The position numbers and the translations under genes were made by a program. Positions 49,101-58,100 of a DNA stretch of 64,000 nt are shown here, piece after piece. Each line of letters opens with the position of its first letter. Within the stretch, counting starts at the first letter, position 1. Source of the DNA: Obrimoposthia wandeli (taxonomy: Eukaryota). Below the pieces are notes generated by a model. The model had not been told where the DNA came from. It made no database searches and saw only the letters and a program-made list of their open reading frames with translations. The DNA is taken from contig CDROCS010002076.1 in NCBI GenBank assembly GCA_977020255.1, forward strand, positions 1 through 64,000. The letters are read 5' to 3'.

Positions 49101-52100
49101 ATAAATTGACTTGTAAACATAATTTATTTTGATATATTTTCAATTTAATATGTTGTAAGTTATTACTTTAATATAATTTACAACAAAAACTTCAAGTAGT
49201 TTACTTATTAAACATAAGTTTAATGTTTTGTACATTAAATTGACTTGTAAACATAATTTATTTTGATATATTTTCAATTTAATATGTTGTAAGTTATTAC
49301 TTTAATATAATTTACAACAAAAACTTCAAGTAATTTACTTGTAAACTACAATATTTATTTGTTGTTGTATATATTTAGTTTAAAATGTTGTAAGTTATTA
49401 CTTTAATATAATTTTTCAACAAAAAACTTCAAGTAGTTTACTTATTAAACATAAGTTTAATGTTTTGTACAATAAATTGATTTGTAAACATAATTAATTT
49501 TGATATATTTTCAATTTAATATGTTGTAAGTTATTACTTTAATATAATTTACAACAAAAACTTCAAGTAGTTTACTTATTAAACATAAGTTTAATGTTTT
49601 GTACAATAAATTGACTTGTAAACATAATTTATTTTGATATATTTTCAATTTAATATGTTGTAAGTTATTACTTTAATATAATTTACAACAAAAACTTCAA
49701 GTAGTTTACTTATTAAACATAAGTTTAATGTTTTGTACAATAAATTGACTTGTAAACATAATTTATTTTGATATATTTTCAATTTAATATGTTGTAAGTT
49801 ATTACTTTAATATAATTTACAACAAAAACTTCAAGTAATTTACTTGTAAACTACAATATTTATTTGTTGTTGTATATATTTAGTTTAAAATGTTGTAAGT
49901 TATTACTTTAATATAATTTTTCAACAAAAAACTTCAAGTAGTTTATTTATTAAACATAAGTTTAATGTTTTGTACAATAAATTGACTTGTAAACATAATT
50001 TATTTTGATATATTTTCAATTTAATATGTTGTAAGTTATTACTTTAATATAATTTACAAATATCGTAACAACCAAGTTAACTTACCAGATAACTGTGTAG
50101 TTAAGGTAATTTATCATTTAGTCTGAAACAATGAATACCAAATCGCCTACAATGCATGTATAATTTTAATTGTCAACTATAGTAAACTATAATACTCTTT
50201 GTGTACAGTAATAATTTCAATATATTAAAGTAAACATTTACAAAATATAATCTGTTTACAAGTCAATTTATCATACAAATCCTTAAATTATGATTAATAA
50301 GTAAACTACTTGAAGTTTGTTGTTGTAAATATATTATGTTTACAAGTCAATTTATCGTACAAATCATTAATATTATGATTATTAAGTAAACTATTTGAAG
50401 TTTTGGTTGTAAATTATATTAAAGTAATAACTTACAACATATTAAAGTGAATATATGCAAAATTATATTATGTTTACAAGTAAATTTTCGAATGTCTAGT
50501 AAACAAAATTAAATAACTCAAAAAAAAAACATTTACTATTCGAAATAATAAACTTAATAGTACTTTATATTTGAAATTTATGTTATATGCAGTGGGCGGG
50601 GTACAGCAACTAACTTTATAATTAAAATATTTTTATAGTTTAAGGTTAAAATCACTTGATAAAACCACAATAATGTGATAAAGAATATTATTTAACATAT
50701 AAAATGAATTTTTGAAGAAATAAATTGAATATTCATATTATATTAAACGGACAATGGCAAAAAAAAATATCAAGTAATTTTAAAAAAAAATCAAACTATC
50801 GACACTCTTATTTTTAAAATTACATTCACTTGCTAAACCCACTTACTTGTATTGAAAATTCAAACTATCAATCACTTGCTCGTCATACTTGCATTCAATC
50901 TAACTATAATTTATTCAACAAAAACTCTATTTTAATTTACTTATAGTCTAAATTACACTTGCATTCAATCAAACTATCGACACTCTTATTTTTTAAAAAT
51001 TACATTCACTTGCTAAACCCTCTTACTTGTAAATGACATTCATACTTGCATGCATAATTTTATTCATTTACATTCATTCTACCTCTCATTAATTCAAACT
51101 CTCATTCAAATATTCAAATAAATTAATATTTTTACTAATTTTCTATTAATTCCGTTGTAACTTAGTCGTTGAAACGAAAAGAATGTATAAAGAATGGACT
51201 TTCTTACTTTGTAAATGTTATTCACTTAAGTTTGAAGATGATATTATGAAATTACATAATAAATGTGTTTAATTTTGTATTATTCTCTGACTTCTTTCTT
51301 ATTTTATTTTTATTTTAATATATAATTGAAGTTATTTAAAGAAATTTTATCATAATTCTATAAATGTGAAAACCTAGGAAAATAATTTGATCTAAACTTT
51401 CACATAGAATAGTGTGTGTGTTAAAAACCACATTCCTTAACTGATAAGAGTGAACTTTAGCCTTGATTTTCACATAGAATAGTGTGTGTATGATTACGTC
51501 ATACATTCTTAATTGTTAAGTGTGAACTTTATCATAAATTTTCATTATGGACTAGATTACAAAAAGAAGGGTGGAGACTAGACCACAAAAAGAAGGGTGG
51601 AGACTAGACCACAAAAAAGATGGGTGGAGACTAGACCACAAAAAGATGGGTGGAGACTAGACCACAAAAAGATGGGTGGAGACTAGACCACAAAAAGATG
51701 GGTGGAGACTAGACCACAAAAAGATGGGTGGAGACTAGACCACAAAAAGATGGGTGGAGACTAAGCCACTTGACCCTTTAAACTATGGACGACCATAGTA
51801 GTATATCAAGGAAGGATGGAGTCTAGATCACTTGACCCCCCCCACCTCCCCCTAAAGGGTGTCACACCATAAGGGTGTCACACCATAAAAGGTGTCTTGC
51901 ACACCATAAGGGTATATGTTGCCTCACCAGAGGTGAGGTAACATATACCCTTATGGTGTGGCAAGACACCTTTTATGGTGTGACACCCTTATGGTGTGAC
52001 ACCCTTTAGGGGGGGGGTCAAGTGGTCTAGACTCCATCCTTCCACCTACTCATACATATATATAAGTTTCTTGCTCTTATTTTCTTCGTAAAAAAAGCAT

Positions 52101-55100
52101 TTTTATGCATTACAATATTACTACGTCTTTTTCAAAGTTCAAAATTTTCTTTAAAAATGATAAACAAATATTTAAACAATATTTAAACTATATTTATATT
52201 TTTAAACTTTTCAATACTTTATCTAACTTTAACAAATTTAAAATTCTATGCAGATTGAGATTTGTTCTTAATTTTAAGATTATATACTTTACTTTCTTTC
52301 TGTGCATAAAAGTTCCTCGAATGAAGCCATAGGAACATTAATCTTAAAAAAAATGTTGTAGTCAATCTCCTAATGTACAATTTTTATATTTTCCATAACT
52401 ATCGCAATTGAAACTGTATAAGGGAAAAACTGATTGTAGATTTAGAATTACCAATGTAACCTTAAATAATATTTAGTAGCAGAACATAAACATTTTTCTT
52501 GGCTAGTTTAGTTCCCCTATTCTTTCAGCGAGACCTGATAAAGATGATCCAAGAGGCAACATCAGTCTACATGGACTACAAAAAGCAGAAGAAATTAATC
52601 GACCAAAATATCAATCACACAAAATACCTCTCAGAAGAAGCTCGTTCGAAAGTAAAAGAAGTATGACCTTTTTACCGAATTATTTCTAATGCTCAAACCC
52701 AAAATTGTTCAGCTCGAGGCTCGACTCGAGCATGCAAAAGCGGAGTTGGCCAACCTCAAGGATAAATCAAAAAAATCAATTCACCTCACGATTCCGGATG
52801 AAGTGAAGAAAAGTGTCGAAGAAAAACTTGCCGAAGCTAAGGAAATAATTCGGTATGTACTACTTTTATTTTAGATTAAAGGTTCGACGAATGATAATTT
52901 GAAAATATTTTATCTTTATCTCATTGGAGGAAGCAGAGAGCTAGGTTCGAATAACCGAGAGAAATACCTTCAGAAATGTTACTGTACAATTTAAACAATT
53001 AAGACCATTATAAACTCTTTAGACTCAAACTAAATCTTCCCTCGACCTAATAACAAAAAATGCAAGACTTTTAAAGAGAGTCTTTTTTAGGCCTTATAAA
53101 TATAATACATTTATATATCTACCTTACACACTGTACCCTAACAGACCTTGTTCATCACAAATATTTATTTACCAACGGTTAATATCAAATTCAGTAACAA
53201 AAACTTATTATTGGACTTTATTAAATATAAAAAATATATATAGATATTGCAAAATAATTTTAATATATCCAAAAAATATGACCAGGGGCCAACAATTATG
53301 AGAGTTACTAAATTAAAAAATAAATATTATAGCGATGGCAATTGTGATAAAAATAAAATAAAAATTATAAAAATAAATAAATTAAAAAAGGACCTGATTT
53401 TTGAATGACGATCTAGCGGCGTTGGCACAAAGAATTTATTTTATTTCCAAAAATTGAAGGTTTATATATCCTCTCATTTACATGCTGTGTCCGGGTCTTC
53501 CTGGCGGGGCCTTTGATTTAGATTAGTTTAAACTAAATGGGTTTGGTCATCTAGATAATTTTCCCACTTAGATTCCATCGGGTAACCCGTTAGTAGGTGT
53601 GTTTGCCTGTTAATATTGTAAAGTTTTATGTACTTTCTTATACTATATGACGTTTTTACCCAAAGGTGTGATTTTGATGAGCCGTACATATTTCAATTGG
53701 AAATAATTTATGCTTAAAAATTATGTTTTGTTCATTTATGTGCGACTTTTAGATGTCTAGAAATTATTCTTCAAAGTTTAATTAATTAACGTTTTAATTA
53801 ACAAAAATCACATTTTGTCGATATTTCATTACTTATTTATGTGTAGTTCAGATTTTGATCTAAGGTCTTTCTTTAAAAGGTTATTCATAACAATGTGAAT
53901 TTTACACAAAATTAATTAGTATTTTAAAACTATTGTTCTTTATTGTGGGTCACTACATAACATTTTAATAAGTATTTTGGTATAAACTTTATGCATAACT
54001 TAGCAATTGTTATTTATTTGCTTTATATTTTTAAGGATAGTTATTTAAATATTTTTTATTTTACTGTTCTTTTAAATTTTTCTCTAACATAATTTAAAAA
54101 TAAAAATATGTTTATCCAAACACAAAAAGGTCTCAAGCACGAACGAAAATATTTATTTCCATTAATAATTTGAAAGCAGGATTATGTCACACCATTGGAT
54201 TATGTTGCAGAAATCTCACACAAGATACGAAGTTCCTGCACAACGCCGAGGATGCTAAAAGAGCATACTCTAACATCACTCGTGACATTCAAGACGTGGA
54301 GAAGGACGTCAGAGAAACCAAAAATATTATTGACGACGAGAAAAGAAAATTGGACCTTGGTGGCTTCAACTTAGCTATTTTAGAGGCAGCAAAATTGAAA
54401 GTTAAATTCAGCAATGACGTTACCGGATTTAAACAAGATGTTGATGGTAGATAATTTTTAAATACTTTATATATATATCATATTTTACTACTAGTTATAG
54501 TCAAGGGCATATTTTATTCAAACTGTAAATTTTATTTATTTCAGACTTGGAGAAGCGGTTTAAGATTTCTTACAAAGAGCAACGAGAATATGAGCTGTTT
54601 TTGACACAAACTATGGATTTTTTAAGTAACAATTCGTTTAGCAGTAAGTGGATTTTAATTGTGTAATGGAGTAGTGATACCTGTTGTTCAATTCCTAGTC
54701 GCAGTTACTAATGTTTGACTAAGGAGTTCGAATTTCATTAAAATAAATGGAGGGGTTCATACAATTCGGCTTTGTCTTGCAGTCATTCGAGAGAGAAACA
54801 TAACAGCGACAAAGGATTTACAACAACTGGAATTGGCGAGCATTATCAAGACCCTGAAAGAAAATATCGCTACTATAGTATTGCCTGAATCGAAAACTCT
54901 GGATTTGGAGAAGTTACAGAAGTCTTGTAAGTGACAAGTTCAAGAGTAATGCCCTTATTCACATTCTACTTCATTTTGTCGATGTATTTTCCTATGTTTT
55001 TGTCATAAAATCTAAATATATTATATAAAAAGTAACTTAACTGACAGGAAAATATCAATATTGTATAATGTTTATATAATAATTTGATGGTCCTCATTGT

Positions 55101-58100
55101 TAAAATGGTATCCGAGTTTTTACTGAAATTCCCGATAACATTTTTGAAGAAAAAATAACAATTTCATAATCTACTAGATTTGAGTTAATCTCTACTTTAT
55201 GCTCCATTATGATTTCGTTTATTTGCAACATATATCTGATTACATGTTCACACAACACATATACAAACTAGAAATATGCACAAAACACAGCTCAGACATA
55301 AATTCCCATCATAGCAGCATCCAACGTTCCTGCATATCCTTTCCCCTCGTTCTCATGTTTTGATGAAACCTTCCACCGTGTTCTTCACTGATGTCACCCA
55401 TATTTGGCTTAAAACTGGATATATGAATGTAGGTATTAAATTAACCGAATTGTGTGTTTCCTGCTTATACACCCAGACAGATGTAACACGACAATGCATG
55501 GTAAGTCAATAAGCATATACATAATTCACAAGATTTCAAAAATGGCATTCAAAATACAATAAAACGAGTAACATGTTTGTATTCGGTATCGCTGAATTAC
55601 TCTTTTAAGACTAAGAATAAAGATAAACAAAATGATGTGACACGGTGTTATATAAATAGAAATTTAAAGATTGTAATAACCCTAGATATTTAGTAAGATG
55701 AGAATACCAACCTAATCAAAGTCGAATATCTCTACATTACAAAAACGATGCGGAGCACATTTTGTGGTGCTCGCATTCTTACTCTCCCAAAATCCTGAAA
55801 ACGGGTTTAAGGAAAAACTTTGAAAATTGTTAAGATGTGGGGTACTGTATATATTTGGTTTCCAAACATTCAAAAAAGCATTAACATTATAAATTATACC
55901 AATTTTTGAAAATAACTGGACTTCCTGAGATCCAATGTTTTCCTTATTCTCATACGATTTCATCACTTGTATATATTTAGGTAGAATCAAATGATTTAAC
56001 ATTTTAACATGCATACCTTCGTGTACACCAATAGAAATACACGCAGGATGTATCAAAGTGAATACTCCAACCCAAAAACTAAGTAATAAATATCTAAATC
56101 ATTAATACATATAATTTTCAATGTGATCGCCTTTTTTATCGAATGAGAAGCGATTTTAGAATTGACAATTTCATGCTGCAACGTTTAACAAGCGAAGAAG
56201 GATATTTTTATTGTGAAGACTGCTTATCAAACTTGCAAATTCAGAGCAGTTGTTTGATTTTCTAAAGCAACCTATGGACACTCAAAGGACACTTGTTTTT
56301 TACAAGACTGATAAGATTAAAGAAATTTTTATAGCAAAATACCGATGGATATACGAAAATGTAACAATATAGAAAAATTCAAGAATAATAATGGAAAACA
56401 GGAAGCACTTTTGAGTATTGATTTAATAGATAAATGGCTTGATTGTCCAATGAGGGACTTCCATCTACAATAGATCCACAAACTGCGACTTCATATAGTG
56501 CACAATCGCTTCCAAATGAGAGTAGGTACTTTGAGGGAGTCTAGACCACTAGGGGGTCCCCTTACGTAATAATCGGAAGTGAGTGTGTGTATATCGGTAG
56601 TGACTACGTAATATCCTAAGGGTGGTCGTCCGCAGCATAAGGGTCGGGCTGAGAAACGTTATGAAGGTTTGAAGGTCCAACTCCTTAGGCTAAATTGCGT
56701 CGTGATCTATCTGTCCCAATTTCGATTTAAAGTAAGATAAAATCTTCATTAAAAAAAGGTTAACCGTGTTACGTTGAGCCAGCGCTCCCTTAGCTACTCT
56801 CACATGGCTCCCATTGAGGCCTCTGACGTGTTTGTGCAGTGTTGAGCACAAAGTCACAATACTCGACGATAGTCGGGAGATCGGAAAAGCTCCAGTCGAG
56901 CATCAGCAGTTTGCGGGACCGAGTGCGGTCTGTGCGAGACAATATTCGCAGTCAATTCCTGGTAACAAGCGAGCTGGCCCACGGAGCTGCTGCCATGAAC
57001 CCGTCACCAGTCTTCATTACCGACTCCTGCGTCAGAAGTTACCGTACATACTACTTGCCGACCACATTCGACTTCTCCCTCTCGTGAGTGCCACTTTCTG
57101 TTCTTGTATGACTTTCTGAACATCGAATCTGATACATAACATTGGCTAGGATGTCACAGGGTTTGATTGTAAATATTGTGAGACTTATGATTGGCTAAAA
57201 TTTAACCAATGAGAAGAAAGCATTTAAAAATAATTTATCAATTAAAAATTTAGTTATAAGCCGTAAGTTTAAACGATCTTTTTATTTTTAAGTTAAATTT
57301 TCAGGCAATTCCGGAAATACTTGAAATATTCTAATACTTAAGAAATTTCATGTACAATTATTAACAAAAATATCTGAATTTTATATTTATGTGAAGTTCT
57401 ATTTACCTTTAAAATATTTTTGATGCAGATTTAAAAATGCACGTGAAGTTCGTGTAAAGAAACGGAGGAACAATTTTTGCTGCTCTCAGTCAGGAATCAG
57501 TTGAAATAATCAATTTAGCAAACATAATCGTTTCACTCCAGATGCCCCATAAAAATGAAGAAACACGTTTCCCAAAAACTGGATCGAAAACGAAAATTTG
57601 CAGATGCCGGCAAAATAGTCTTAGCAGCAATGGGTTTAGGGGTTTAAAGTGTGATAACACTAGGATTACCACTAAGTGTAAACTTTAACCAGTACAGTCA
57701 TTTTCACTGCATTAGGAAAATTGTTATTTATAAGAAAAAAACGAAAGAGAGGCAAGAAATTTATTCCCACAAGTTACAAAGAGCTTTTGTATGAAAATGA
57801 GACTCACAATAATAAATTTTCCATGATTCACAAGTTCGAGAAGATTTTTTTATACACAAATTTATATACATTTCATAATGTTTCTTTTTTGAGTCTTTTG
57901 TTTATTCGGTGATCAACTTGAAATAACGGTTTCCGTTTGAGAATATTTTTTTATGGAATCGCCATTTTAATCGCTTATTTAAATTTCAGTAGTCTCCATG
58001 TATAGAACATAGGAATTTAATGCAGCCTCATCGGCCATAGGTCATCTTTTACCAATAGCCTTTGTAGAATACAACCGAATCATATTGTCACAAATTTGTA

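Larger units (their letters stand above)
46447..52050. mobile_element. Non-autonomous foldback Polinton derivative (5604 bp) with 6-bp TSD CATACA
   Basis: CATACA at 46441-46446 and 52051-52056; both ends read AGTAGGTGGAAGGATGGAGTCTAGACCAC; arms ~46447-48500 and ~50250-52050 are inverted copies; no credible ORF. Confidence 0.93.
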
